From positions 2,656,001 through 2,720,000 of the forward strand of contig CAWGMQ010000004.1 in the NCBI GenBank assembly GCA_963823665.1: DNA of 64,000 nucleotides, written 5' to 3'. The position numbers were made by a program, and so were the translations under genes. This document shows positions 30,222 to 41,480 of this stretch, one piece after another (the stretch's first letter is position 1; every line of letters starts with the position of its first letter). The notes beneath the pieces were generated by a model, which searched no databases, was not told where the DNA came from, and worked only from the letters and a program-made list of their open reading frames with translations. Source of the stretch: an uncultured Planctomycetota bacterium (GTDB lineage: Bacteria > Planctomycetota > Planctomycetia > Isosphaerales > Isosphaeraceae).

Positions 30222-31890
30222 ATGGATAAGTTGGATGAGGGACTCAAAACGCTTCTCGATCTGGGCAAGCGCCGGGGGTTCCTGACGTTTGACCAGGTCA
30301 ACGACTACTTGCCGGACGAGGCGACGAGCCCCGAGCGCATCCACGGCCTGCTCGAAACGCTCGACGAGATGGGCATTGAGCTGATCAACGAGGACGAGGC
30401 GGAGAGCCGCCTGCTGGCCTCGGGCGATCTGGATGACGAGCCGGAAGACGACGTCGACGAGCCCGACGACGAGGAAGCCGAGCTGACGCCGGAAGATCTC
30501 GACGAGATTTCGCGGCGGATCGACGACCCGGTTCGCATGTATCTTACCCAGATGGGTGAGATACCGCTTCTTACTCGCGAGCAGGAAATCAACCTGGCGA
30601 AGCGGATCGAGATCACGCGCAAGAAATTCCGGCGTAAGGTGCTGGAATGCCACTTTGCCCTTGGCGCTGGTTGTCGACGTGCTCAAGAAGGTGAACGAGG
30701 GAGAGCTGCCGTTTGACCGCACGGTGAAGGTCTCGGTGACCGAGAACCTCGAGAAAGACCAGATCCTGGGCCGCATGCCGCATAACCTGGTGACGCTTGT
30801 ACACTTGATGGAGTGCAACGTCCGGGATTTCAAGTCGTTCGTCCGCGAGCGGGACGAGACCTACCGCCGGGGGCTGCTGGAGAACCTGAAGGGCCGGCGC
30901 TGCAAGGCTGTGAACCTGGTCGAGGAGCTGTCGATCCGGACGCAGAAAGTGCAGCCGCTGATGAAGCGGCTCGAGCAGATCTCGGGCCGGATGGGTGAGC
31001 TGGTCTTCTTGCTCAAGGAACACCGCGCCGGGCGAGCTGTGAAGGAAGAGCGAGCGAACCTGGTCAGGGAACTCAAGGATTTGATGCGGATCACGCTGGA
31101 GACACCCAAGTCGCTGGCGAAGCGCGTGGAGCTGATGAACATCCGGTTCCGGCGGTACGAGCAGGCCAAGCGAGAGCTTTCCGGCGGCAATCTCCGGCTG
31201 GTGGTCTCGATTGCCAAGAAGTACCGCAACCGCGGCCTGTCGTTCCTGGACCTGATCCAGGAGGGAAACACCGGGCTGATGCGGGCGGTTGATAAATACG
31301 AATACCGCCGTGGATACAAGTTCAGCACCTATGCGACGTGGTGGATTCGCCAGGCGATCACCCGGGCGATCGCCGACCAGGCGCGGACCATCCGCATTCC
31401 GGTGCACATGATCGAGACGATGTCGAAGCTGCGAAATGTTTCCAAGAGGCTGCTGCAGGAGAAGGGGCGCGAACCGACCATCGAGGAAACGGCTCGTGCC
31501 GCGAATATCTCGGTGGAGGAAACCCGCCGGGTGATGAAGATCTCGCGGCACCCGATCTCGCTCGACCGGCCCGTGGGTGAAAGCGAAGACAGCTATTTCG
31601 GAGATTTCATCGAGGACGAAGCGGCGGAGAGCCCGATCAACGCCGCCACACAGGAAATGCTCAAGGAGAAAATCGACTCGGTGCTGAAGACGCTGACGTA
31701 TCGCGAGCGCGAAATCATCAAGCTACGCTACGGGCTGGGAGACGGGTATACCTACACCCTCGAGGAGGTGGGCCGCATCTTCAAAGTCACGCGAGAACGC
31801 GTCAGACAGATCGAGGCGAAAGCCGTCAGAAAACTGCAACATCCGGTGCGAAGCCGACAACTCGAAGGCTTCCTTGAAAGTACGGGCTAA
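30222..31890 (+). CDS. rpoD: RNA polymerase primary sigma factor (frameshift near 30660)
   Basis: Region 1.1; [43 protein letters not shown]...TRERVRQIE. Confidence 0.95.
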
Positions 31891-31901
31891 CGAGCCACAG
31901 G

Positions 31902-31936
31902 ACCCCCGGACGCCGAAGGCGACCGGGGGTTTTTTG
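31902..31936 (+). terminator. Rho-independent terminator after rpoD
   Basis: ACCCCCGG...CCGGGGGT stem followed by a T run. Confidence 0.85.
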
Positions 31937-32055
31937 TTGGGGCAAGCTCAGAATGGAGAGTGAGCACCCGAGCGTGCGTGCGAACCAAGACCAACCCCCC
32001 TCGGCGTGCCCAAGGATCTTTCCCGAGAACCCGACAGCAGAGAGGACCACGATTG

Positions 32056-32796
32056 ATGCCCGCGACGGCCAATAGTCTTAAAGACCTGCATGAGCTTCAC
32101 CAGCGTGCGAAAGCCCTGCGCGACCGAATGTCGTCAGGACCGAAGACCCTGGCGGTGCGCCAGGCGACGCTCGCGGCGCGAACGACCCAGATGGAACAAG
32201 AGCGCAAGGCGCTCCAGGACGCGAAGGTGCAGCTCAAGAAGCACGAGCACGACCTGCAAGGGATCGAGAAGAAGATTGACGACTCGACGACCAAGCTCAA
32301 TCTCGTCAAGAAAAACGACGAATACAAGGCGCTTCAGAATCAGATCGCGCATGAGAACGCGGCCAAGTCGAAAGTTGAAGAAGAGATCCTGGTGAACCTC
32401 GAAGACGTCGAGACGCGCACGGCTGCGCTGGCGAAGCTCGATGCCGACGCGAAACGGTTCAGCGGCGAGGTTGCCGCGCTTCAGCAGCAAATCGAAAATG
32501 AGGCGGCCGCTCACAAGGCTCAGCTCGCCGAGCTGGAGACGGCAATCGTGCAGGCCGAGGACGTGATCCCCGAAGAATACCGGGTGCAATACCGCCGAAT
32601 TGTGGCGCGCTATGGCCCGGACGCGCTGGCCGCTTGCGATGAAGGCTCGTGCCTCGGTTGCTTCACCTCGCTGACGCCGCAGATGGTGAACGACCTAATC
32701 AACGGCTCGGGGCTTTCGTTCTGCTTGAGCTGCGGGCGCTTGCTTTACCACGAAGAGAAGGTCGTTATCAGGACCAAACGAACCGCGAGCAAGTGA
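32056..32796 (+). CDS. Coiled-coil plus C4 zinc-ribbon protein (CT398/HP0958-like)
   Basis: Long coiled coil containing EYKALQNQI; C-terminal CLGC...CLSCGRLLY. Confidence 0.85.
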   Translation: MPATANSLKDLHELHQRAKALRDRMSSGPKTLAVRQATLAARTTQMEQERKALQDAKVQLKKHEHDLQGIEKKIDDSTTKLNLVKKNDEYKALQNQIAHENAAKSKVEEEILVNLEDVETRTAALAKLDADAKRFSGEVAALQQQIENEAAAHKAQLAELETAIVQAEDVIPEEYRVQYRRIVARYGPDALAACDEGSCLGCFTSLTPQMVNDLINGSGLSFCLSCGRLLYHEEKVVIRTKRTASK

Positions 32797-32972
32797 GCGG
32801 GCGAGCGGGCCGCGATCGCAAGGTTTCAAGTTGCATGGACTCCGGTCGACCGGTCGATCCCGGGGCTTGCGCCGCCGGGATTTATGACGGCGCCCGGTCG
32901 GGGGTCTTGGAAGCCATTCTACGGGGGGGTGGGTTGGCGTTTTACCGATCGCGTCATCGCGTTCCGTGCTGG

Positions 32973-33000
32973 TTGACTCAGTGGCGGCGAACTTTATAAT
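32973..33000 (+). promoter_or_regulatory. Putative sigma70 promoter of the thioredoxin pair
   Basis: TTGACT-N16-TATAAT. Confidence 0.5.
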
Positions 33001-33091
33001 GCAATGGCTCGAGGATGCCGTCGGGCGTTTCTCGATTTGTGCTAAGTTTCGATCAGATTCTCAACTTTCGTAGCCTCGAGAGGCAATTCAC

Positions 33092-33427
33092 ATGGCCGGG
33101 AATATGAAGGAGTTCACAGACACAAACTGGAAGTCCGAGGTGCTCGATTCGCCTATTCCGGTGGTCGTAGATTTTTGGGCGCCGTGGTGCAACCCTTGCT
33201 TGAAGCTTGCTCCCACAATTGAAAAGCTGGCCGCCGAGTATGAAGGCAAAGTCAAGTTCGGCAAGATGAACTGCGACGAGAATCAGGAGATCCCGGGAAG
33301 CGAGCGAATCGGTTCGATTCCGACTGTTTCGATCTTCAATAATGGGAAATATGTGGACCGTCTGGTTGGGGTCAACGGGGAGCAGAAGTTCAAGGATTGG
33401 CTGCGCGATAAGCTCGGCGTCGCGTGA
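33092..33427 (+). CDS. trxA: Thioredoxin (WCNPC)
   Basis: VVVDFWAPWCNPC and cis-Pro motif SIPT. Confidence 0.9.
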   Translation: MAGNMKEFTDTNWKSEVLDSPIPVVVDFWAPWCNPCLKLAPTIEKLAAEYEGKVKFGKMNCDENQEIPGSERIGSIPTVSIFNNGKYVDRLVGVNGEQKFKDWLRDKLGVA

Positions 33428-33533
33428 GGCGGCATGCGACGGCTGGCCGTCTGGTCGCAGAACGTTCGGCGGGATGAGTCGAGCCGGTGTTCTCGGTGTA
33501 ACAGAGTTTCGCGGCCCGATGAGGGCAGATCAC

Positions 33534-33869
33534 GTGGATGGCACAATGAAGGAGTTCACCGACGGAAATTGGAAGTCTGAGGTGCTCGATTCTGCCATTC
33601 CCGTGGTTGTCGATTTCTGGGCGCCCTGGTGCCCGCCGTGCAAGACCCTCGCCCCCACGATTGAGAAGCTGGCCGCTGACTACGAGGGCAAAGTCAAGGT
33701 CGGCATGGTTAACTGCGACGAAAACCAAGATGTTCCGGGGAGCCAGTGGATCCTCGCAATTCCGACCGTCCTGCTTTTCAGGGATGGCAAGGAGGTCGAC
33801 CGCCTGGTTGGGATCAACGAAGAGAGCAAGTTCAAAGCATCGCTACGGGAGAAGTGCGGTATCGTCTGA
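33534..33869 (+). CDS. trxA: Thioredoxin, tandem paralog (WCPPC)
   Basis: VVVDFWAPWCPPC and AIPT; GTG start aligned with the first copy. Confidence 0.88.
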   Translation: MDGTMKEFTDGNWKSEVLDSAIPVVVDFWAPWCPPCKTLAPTIEKLAADYEGKVKVGMVNCDENQDVPGSQWILAIPTVLLFRDGKEVDRLVGINEESKFKASLREKCGIV

Positions 33870-33965
33870 AAGCGACGGTCTCCGTCGGTGCTCTCGCCCG
33901 GGAATGATCGCCGCCAGAGGGACGGACCTGTTTTCTCCTGGTGCAAGCTTTAGCCCCGGCGAGTT

Positions 33966-34664
33966 TTGCCTATCGTGGTCCGCGTGAAGATCTGCGGCTT
34001 GACGTGTGTCGATGACGCCGTTGCGTGCGCCGAGCTGGGCGCCCAATGGATTGGGCTGAATTTCCATCCGCCATCGCCGCGGTATGTGACGGCCGAGAAG
34101 GCCGCGGCTATCGTCGCGGCGCTGCCGCCATCGGCTTCAGCGGTCGGCGTCTTCGTGGACCGGCCGGCGACTGAGGTTGCAGAGGCGGCGACGCGGGCAG
34201 GGATCGGGATCATCCAGTTGCACGGGCAGGAGCCCGAGGAAGACCTGGTTGCGCTCGAGTCGCTCCAGATCGTTCGAGCCTTTCGGCTGGATCGGGCCGC
34301 AGGTTGGAGCCGTGTGATCGATTACGTTGCCCGGTGTGGTGCTCTGGGGCGTTTGCCGGACGCCGTGTTGATTGACGCGTACATTCCTGGACAGATGGGG
34401 GGCACCGGATCGCTCGTGGCGGACGAGGTGATCGATTCGATTCCCCCGCTGCCCCGGTTGATCCTGGCCGGCGGCCTGTCGTCCGAGAATGTGGCGGAGC
34501 GCGTTGCACGTACCCAGCCGTGGATGGTCGACGTGGCCAGCGGGGTTGAGAGCACTCCCGGGCGAAAGGACCTGGCACGAGTTGCCGCGTTTATCCGCGC
34601 GGTGCGAGAGGTTGAGCATGAGTATCCGATGGTTTCCGATCATTCCGAGGTCACACCGCAGTGA
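33966..34664 (+). CDS. trpF: Phosphoribosylanthranilate isomerase
   Basis: Motifs VKICGLT, SPRYV, QLHG, GGTG, LAGGL and VDVASGVE. Confidence 0.95.
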   Translation: MPIVVRVKICGLTCVDDAVACAELGAQWIGLNFHPPSPRYVTAEKAAAIVAALPPSASAVGVFVDRPATEVAEAATRAGIGIIQLHGQEPEEDLVALESLQIVRAFRLDRAAGWSRVIDYVARCGALGRLPDAVLIDAYIPGQMGGTGSLVADEVIDSIPPLPRLILAGGLSSENVAERVARTQPWMVDVASGVESTPGRKDLARVAAFIRAVREVEHEYPMVSDHSEVTPQ

Positions 34665-34672
34665 TGTAAGAG

Positions 34673-35285
34673 TCAGTCGGCGGCTTTGGGCAGAATTGAA
34701 TCGACGGGGATCCTGCTGAATTCGACCGCATCACAGACGACGGGGAACTTCGTCGCCGGCGACGAAGTCGATACGCGAGGCATAACCAGACGGCCCTGGC
34801 TGCGTGTAGACTTCGATCTGTCGCTCGACCAGGTTGACAATCCAATAGATGGGGACGCGAGCCCTGGCATAGGCATTTCGCTTTCCGCCGCGATCGCGTT
34901 CTAGACTTGAGTCGGCGACTTCGACCACGAGAGCCAGGTCTTTGGCTTCTGGTAGGCGGTCTTGGTACAGATCCTCGGGGCCGCGCACGACTGCGATGTC
35001 GGGCTCGGGTTCGTCGAAATCTGGAATTCGGACCGGATCTTCCTTGCGACACGTCCATCGGTCTGCGGGTAAGACGTCGAGTGCTTTGAAGACTCTTCCG
35101 ACACTCCAGATGTGAGGGGGCTTCTTTGCCATTTTGTTTACCACGTAGCCGTCGATCAGCTCAACGCGGGGGTCGTCGAGAACCTGGGCCATGCGTTCGT
35201 ACTCATGCACTGTGAATCGATACAGCGACAGGGACGCTACCGGTTCAGGTGCTGGCGTCGGCTGAATTGCCGTCATAGTGGACAT
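34673..35285 (-). CDS. Uma2 family protein (C-terminal frameshift near 34742)
   Basis: Motifs YRFTVHEY, VELIDG, EPEPDI, VEVADSS and YARARVPIYWIVNL. Confidence 0.85.
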
Positions 35286-35474
35286 GGGAGGCCTCTGGCC
35301 GCACGAGTGGCGGGCCGACCAGAGTGTCGGCCCTAAAGATGCCAACCACGGAGCACCGGCAAAGCCCGTGCTACCCCTTCCGTCCATGCGTCGGGGATGC
35401 GTTCGGTCGTGTATTGCATCATAACAGATATCGTGAGCGGTCGAAACGGCAGGGGACGGGGATGAGTGAGACGG

Positions 35475-35503
35475 TTGACAATGGTCGGCGGGGCTTATAG
35501 CCT
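35475..35503 (+). promoter_or_regulatory. Putative sigma70 promoter of rnc
   Basis: TTGACA-N17-TAGCCT. Confidence 0.45.
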
Positions 35504-35548
35504 ATCTAATCTGCGTCGCAAGCCCTTTTGTGCCTTCTGGGTGCGGCC

Positions 35549-36275
35549 ATGCCCCCGACGATTCATCGCGACGGATCCCGGCGCGCGGTCGAGTGCCAGG
35601 ATGTGCTCGGATATCGCTTCAACGATCTGAATCTTCTTCAGGAAGCGCTCACGCACGCTTCGGGGGCCAATCATCGGCTCACGTCGAACCAACGGCTCGA
35701 GTTTCTTGGTGATGCGATTCTAGGGGCGATCGTTTGCGACTTGCTTTTCCGGAAGTTTCCCGAGTATCTGGAAGGCGAGCTGACGAAGATCAAGTCGATC
35801 GTAGTATCGAGGCACACCTGCGCCAAGATTTCGCAAGATCTGGGAATCGACGAGTTCCTGGTGATGGGCAAAGGAATGGGATCGCGGTCGCAAACGCCGG
35901 TGTCGATGCTTGCGGATGTGTTTGAGAGCTTGATCGGGGCGATCTATCTCGACGGCGGGATGGAAGCGGCGCGGGAGTTCGTCGTCCGGCACATCGAGCC
36001 GCGAGATTGATGCGGCGGTGGACGTGGGCAACGGGCAGAATTACAAGAGCAATCTCCAGCAATTCGCGCAGCGTGAATATGGCGCGACACCGACGTATCT
36101 ACTGCTTGATGAGAAGGGTCCGGATCACTCGAAGTGCTTCAAGATTTCGGCGCGGGTCGGCGATCGGCGGTATGCCCCGGCGTGGGGCCGCACGAAGAAG
36201 GAGGCCGAGCAGCGAGCCGCCTTGAATGCACTTTGCCAGCTCGCCGGCGACCCGTTGCCTCACACGTCTGACTGA
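35549..36275 (+). CDS. rnc: Ribonuclease III (frameshift near 36003)
   Basis: Motifs ALTHAS, RLEFLGDA and ADVFESLIGAIYLD; dsRBD NYKSNLQQ...KKEAEQRAA in the next frame. Confidence 0.93.
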
Positions 36276-36285
36276 CGAGGTTACC

Positions 36286-37573
36286 GTGAACGGCTCGCTG
36301 GTGACCGACCTGGGTCTAAGTCCGGAAGTGTGGGTCTTTCTGTCGCTCTTGAGCTGCGTCACGCTCTTCTTCAAGTTCAGCCGGATCTGGAGCGTGAGGA
36401 ACCTTGATCTTGCTGCTGTTGTTCGTGCTGGCGCCGGGGATGATGCTGATCGTGAGCAACCCTGGGCATCACCCGTGGAGTGCGTACATCTGGCTTTTCC
36501 TGGGGTCAGGGCTTGTGGCTGATTCGCTGCTGGGCCGACCTCGGGCTAGCGCGGCGGCCGCTGCTCGAGCCGAATCTGAACTGCGTCGGGACTGCTGTGT
36601 CTTTCGGTGGGCGTGCTCAGCTTGCTGCTGGCCGAAACGATCAGCCTTCCGGTCGAGCAAGGAGGCGGGCGAAACCCGGCCGAGCCGTCGGGACGCGAGG
36701 ACCGCGGAAAGACGACGGGGGATGCGGCGGCCGTTCCTCTTGCGGAGATCCCGCAGGGGATCAAGGATTCGCTACCAGGGCCGCTCCAGAACAAGACGCC
36801 GCAAGTGATCGTCTCTCGCGTGCTCGCAAGTATAGCCCATCTGGGCCTGGTGCTCGGCCTGATCGGGATTGGCTGGCGGTTCTTCGACCGGCCGCTGACG
36901 GGAATTGCGATGGCTGCGTGCTATCTTCTGCTGCCGTACACGCGTATGGCGCTGGTCGATAGCGGCCAGCTCGTTCCTGCGGCGCTGATCGTCGCGGCCG
37001 TGTTCTGGCACAACCGCCCCGCGCTGGCGGGCGCATTGATCGGGCTGGCGGCGGGATGGGTGCCGGCGTGCCTGGGGTTGATCGCGCTCTGGTGTGGATT
37101 CTATCGACGACGTGGGGCGGTGCGATTCACAGCTTTGGCGGTGGCGGTGGTGGCCATCTGCGCGCTGGCAGGCTTCTGGGTGCCGGTGCTCAGCGAGTGG
37201 GCTCGCGCTCTGGGCGCACGAAGCATCGACGAGGTCGGGCTGTTTCCTCAGTTCGAGCCCAGGTCGAGCGGCAGCTTCTGGGTGAGCATCCACTTCGAGC
37301 TTCCGGCTCCCGGTTCTCATCGGCTATCTGGCTCTCGTGATACTCACGATGTTCTGGCCGGCCGACAAGAATATCGCCGAGCTGATCGCGTTATCGGCGG
37401 CCTTGCTGGTGGCCAGCCAGTTCTGGTATCTCGACAAGGGTGGAACGCTGGTCATGCTCTATCTTCCACTGGCGATCGCGATGATGTTCCGGCCGACGAT
37501 TGCCATCAAGAGAGCCGCTGCGCCGGCGCATCAGCGGCGGTCCAACCGCCCGTCGCTTTCACCTTCTTCGTGA
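36286..37573 (+). CDS. Multi-pass membrane protein, possibly GT-C fold (several frameshifts)
   Basis: Consecutive hydrophobic ORF fragments 36226-36522, 36404-, 36480-, 36607- and 37337-37573. Confidence 0.55.
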
Positions 37574-37625
37574 TGCCGCGACTACGAGTCGAACCCTGAA
37601 ATACCCACGGCGGAGCAAGTTTCTC

Positions 37626-38317
37626 ATGAGTTTTGTGCTGACCTACGACGCGATTGCCAAGCGGATCGACCATTCTCTGCTCGGCCCGGCGCTCACGACC
37701 GCGGAGATGGAGGAGGGGTGCCGGCTGGCTCGTCCGCTACGGGGTGGCGAGCGTTTGCATCAAACCGGGCGCAGTGGGCTTGGCGGCAGGCATTCTGAAG
37801 GGCTCGGGAGTGGCTGTGGGGACGACGATCGGCTTTCCACACGGAGGGCACACGACAAGCGTGAAGGTATTTGAAGCGCGGCAGACGATGGCCGACGGAG
37901 CGACCGAGCTGGACATGGTGATCAACATCGGCCAGGCGAGAGGTGGCGAATGGAATGCCGTGAGCCGCCGACATCGCGGCTGTGACCGCCGCGGCCCATG
38001 ACGGCGGCTCGATCGTGAAGGTGATTTTCGAGAATTGTTTTCTGAACGACGAGCAGAAGGTGCGACTTTGCCGAATCTGCGGTGACGTGGGGGCCGATTA
38101 CGTGAAGACGTCGACCGGCTACGGCACGGGGGGCGCCACGATGGACGATCTGAGACTGATGCGACGGTCTTCGCCGCCTCATGTGAAGCTGAAGGCAGCC
38201 GGCGGTCTTCGCACGCTGGACGCCATGATTGAAGCGGCCGAGCTGGGCTGCGACCGGATTGGTGCATCGCGGACGGCCGAGATTCTGGACGAGCTCAAGG
38301 TGCGGTTGGGGATGTGA
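37626..38317 (+). CDS. deoC: Deoxyribose-phosphate aldolase (two frameshifts)
   Basis: Motifs IDHSLL, IGFPHG, GATELDMVIN, VKVIFE, YVKTSTG, KAAGG and RIGAS. Confidence 0.92.
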
Positions 38318-38404
38318 GCTCTTCGAGCTGGAGGAACGGCCGGCCGGTTCGGCCTCGTTTTGGCGAGTCGAGCAGTCCGGCGGGCAGCACACGGGATGTG
38401 CCTG

Positions 38405-39136
38405 CTAGAGGGATCGCACGGCTGATTCGATTCGCTCGGCGCCCGTCTCCGTGCCCACGATCAATGTGTCGCAGAGGCCGATGAAGAGACCGGTCTCGAG
38501 CACGCCGGGGACAGATTGCAGGCGCAAGTCGAGCGATTCAGGGTCGTCGATCGAGCTGAAGCGGCAATCGACGATATGATTTCCGCCGTCGGTCGTGAAG
38601 GGTAAGCCGTCGCTTCCGAGACGGACAGCGGTGGTGCAGCCGAAGTCTTGCAATCGTCTCTCGGTGTGTTTCAAGCCGATCGAGCTGACCTCGACAGGGA
38701 TCGGACAGCGGGTGCCGAGTTGCTCGACGCGTTTTTCGCCGGTGATCATCGTGACGCGATGATTCGACGCATAGGCGACGATCTTTTCACGCAAGAGAGC
38801 GCCGCCGCGCCCTTTGATCATCCGGAACTGGGCGTCGATCTCGTCGGCGCCGTCGAGATTGATATCGAGGGCCGAGACCGTGTCGAGCTCCTGGACCGAA
38901 ATGCCGAGACTTTTCGCCAGGCGAGTGGTTTCGTCGCTCGTGGAAATCGCGGTGAATTTCAAGCCTTCTCGCTTGATCCTGTCTCCGAGGCAGTGGACAA
39001 GGAGTGCGGACGTGGAGCCGGAGCCCAAGCCGACGATCATGCCGTCTCTAACCAAGGCGGCGGCGGCGAGCGCGGCACGCGATTTGGGGGATTCGGTGTT
39101 TGCTGGCAAGGCGTACGACTCCCCACGGTGGTTCAA
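38405..39136 (-). CDS. rpiA: Ribose-5-phosphate isomerase A
   Basis: Motifs VGLGSGST, DGADEI, IKGRGGALLREK and GVLETGLF. Confidence 0.95.
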   Translation of the reverse strand: MNHRGESYALPANTESPKSRAALAAAALVRDGMIVGLGSGSTSALLVHCLGDRIKREGLKFTAISTSDETTRLAKSLGISVQELDTVSALDINLDGADEIDAQFRMIKGRGGALLREKIVAYASNHRVTMITGEKRVEQLGTRCPIPVEVSSIGLKHTERRLQDFGCTTAVRLGSDGLPFTTDGGNHIVDCRFSSIDDPESLDLRLQSVPGVLETGLFIGLCDTLIVGTETGAERIESAVRSL

Positions 39137-39646
39137 CGTGCCGGGAGACCGGCGTGTGAACGGAAACGGTCACGCGGCTGTCAAGCGAGAGCCATTGCGG
39201 ACGAGCGCAGAACAATTCGAATTGACGATTTCTTGGTCCTCGATCGCCACTCGTTAACATAGACCCTCGGCCTAAATCCAGGTGAGCTAGGATTATAAAG
39301 CACGGATTTCTGGTGAGCAATGGCCTGCGAGACTACGTACGTTTTGGTGGTTCTTCTAGCGCAAGGTCGCGTGGTTAACTTAGCGCGTTCGGTGTGCTGC
39401 CACCGTTTGACGGCGGCCTTTCGATGGCTCTTGTCCATGGCCCACGCCTCACGGCTTTATTCGTGATTCTCTGGCGACGTCATTTTGATAATGAGCGGAC
39501 CTTGACGGCGCGTCAATCACCGATCATGGCCACCAACGGGCGGCTCTTCCGCGTCATTGAATTCCATGTGAGAAAGCCGCGAAGATCAGGCCGAGGCAGA
39601 CGACGCTGCGCAAACCCGCGGTCCAGGGCGCACATGAGCACGCCGG

Positions 39647-39835
39647 TCAGTGCGCCCCAGGTGATTCCGACGAAGACAATCGTTGCGGCTGCCATCGCAT
39701 TCCGACGGAGCCATCGCGCGGCCAGTCCGGCGAGGCTGGGCGGGCGAGCTTTTGTCGGCTCGCCGGATGCGCCAGCACGCGCAGGTATTTTCGAAACGGC
39801 TCCAGGACACGACCGGCTTCGGGATTCGACGGCAT
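39647..39835 (-). pseudogene. Possible N-terminal fragment of a planctomycete-type ECF sigma factor
   Basis: GGAG RBS then MPSNPEAGRVLEPFRKYLRVLA, resembling the 'LE.FR.YL.LLA' start of these sigmas; similarity is lost afterwards. Recognised from memory. Confidence 0.35.
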
Positions 39836-40061
39836 CTTGTGCTCCCTATCTCAAAGGGACGCCGTTTTTCGCGCCATTGTGCGGTGATTGTGCATTCAGG
39901 TCGACCGTTACCATGTTGTGTCTTCTCCCGGCCGCTGGCTTGTAGCGGAGTGCTCGATGGATACCATAGGGATTGTCATCAGCAATGCTGCGCGACTGTT
40001 CAGCGCACCGCAACCAGGGTTCGTCGATCGAGAGGGCAGGTGCTCATTCGGAGATGATTCC

Positions 40062-41237
40062 ATGAGCGAAGTTCGTTTGGTCGTTCGGGAGGCTGGACAG
40101 GATTGGTCCGGAACCATTCACGGGAGCTCGGCCGATCGCGCGATCGCCGCGCTCAGTGCGGACCCCGTTACGCTAGCGGAGCTGGAAACCGCATGCGCCC
40201 GCTTCGAGAAGCCCGGTCTGAATCGCCGATTTTTGGCGAATCTTTCGGCTGGATTGTGCGATGAACCGTATGACGCCGGGCTCGTCGTCATCGATCTCGT
40301 CGCACGACTGGTCGTCGTCGATTCCACGTATTCTTCGCCGGGATCAAGCGGAGAAGTCGACTATCACAACGGAAAATGCTGTACGGACAAGAGGTTGCGC
40401 TATCATCTGGCGGACGACTGGCTGTTCGCGGGCGATCAATTCGAGTGGCCGGGATTGGCGGCAAAACGTCGGCGGGAACGCACCGCCCGGCCGCCGCTCG
40501 ACGCCCGCGCCATCTTTTACGGGCGGCCTCTGATCGAGTTCGTCGCTCGCGAAACATTCGCGGCCCACGCTCGGCGGGAAACGATCGCCTCTGCGGCGCA
40601 AGACGCGCTCAAAGAGATTCACGCGGCCTGGCTGTTGACGCCGCGCGACGACCTGGGCTGCCTCTGCCCGCGCGAGGTGGCGCTCGAACGGCACGGTCAT
40701 CTCACCTGGGATCTGCAGGATCAATCGGAACGATGGTCGCTACTGCAGAAATGCCCGCCCGCACTGGACGAATCTTCGTTCGCGTACCGCTACGGCGGCT
40801 TCGGCACGCACGAACTGGTTCAGTATTACGAACTGGTTCGCGCGTTACTCTGGTCTTGCTGGGACCGGCTCGACGAAATAGGGAAAACCCGGCCGGCCGG
40901 GAATGGGCTGGAGCTGTTCGCCGTCGGAGATTTTCTCACGAGCGAAGTCCCTCGCCTGGAGCGCGTGCGCGACAAATGGCTCGCCATGCCCGACCCGGAA
41001 TGTCATGGGCGAACGCCGCGATCCATCATCGACCGCGAGCGCACCCGGCTCCCCGAAGGGGTGTCCGGCCATGAGGCGATCGTCGACCCCGACTGCCCGT
41101 GTTGCCAAATGATGGCCGACATGCCCGGGCCGAGCTTCTGGCACCTGGATGGCTGCAATATGGATGACGACTTCGCGTTCGACATCCGCCATCGCACGCG
41201 CGAGGAATGGGAGGCGGAACAACGCGCGATCCAGTGA
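40062..41237 (+). CDS. Hypothetical protein with C-terminal DCPCC motif
   Basis: GGAG RBS then ATG 40062; long GC3-rich ORF; no family recognised. Confidence 0.7.
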   Translation: MSEVRLVVREAGQDWSGTIHGSSADRAIAALSADPVTLAELETACARFEKPGLNRRFLANLSAGLCDEPYDAGLVVIDLVARLVVVDSTYSSPGSSGEVDYHNGKCCTDKRLRYHLADDWLFAGDQFEWPGLAAKRRRERTARPPLDARAIFYGRPLIEFVARETFAAHARRETIASAAQDALKEIHAAWLLTPRDDLGCLCPREVALERHGHLTWDLQDQSERWSLLQKCPPALDESSFAYRYGGFGTHELVQYYELVRALLWSCWDRLDEIGKTRPAGNGLELFAVGDFLTSEVPRLERVRDKWLAMPDPECHGRTPRSIIDRERTRLPEGVSGHEAIVDPDCPCCQMMADMPGPSFWHLDGCNMDDDFAFDIRHRTREEWEAEQRAIQ

Positions 41238-41344
41238 TCGAGCGTTTCGCCGAATCGCTGGCCGTGGTGGCCTCGGCCCGTCCTGAGCTGTCCGCGAAGT
41301 GCGAGTCCTTGACGAACAGCCTCGCCCGGTTTTTTGAAAGATAG

Positions 41345-41419
41345 TCGGGGCGACCGGATTCGAACCGGTGACCTCCTGCTCCCAAGGCAGGCGCGCTAAC
41401 CAGGCTGCGCTACGCCCCG
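41345..41419 (-). tRNA. tRNA-Pro (anticodon TGG), CCA not encoded
   Basis: CGGGGCGTAGCGCAGCCTGGTTAGCGCGCCTGCC-TTGGGA-GCAGGAGGTCACCGGTTCGAATCCGGTCGCCCCGA folds as a cloverleaf. Confidence 0.97.
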
Positions 41420-41480
41420 CAGTGCTTGGCTTCGTCGCATGTTATGCGGGTGGCGCGGCGGGAGTCAAGGGAAGCCGCGC

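Noticed and set aside
28257..31890. Programmed frameshifting in dnaG and rpoD
   Set aside because: Indels are scattered across many unrelated genes without a shared slippery motif; assembly error is the simpler explanation.
39250..41345. Integrative element at tRNA-Pro
   Set aside because: No integrase, and I found no duplicated tRNA 3' end by eye.
5310..41419. proS, efpL and tRNA-Pro as a proline-translation cluster
   Set aside because: They are 12-22 kb apart in unrelated operons; probably coincidental.
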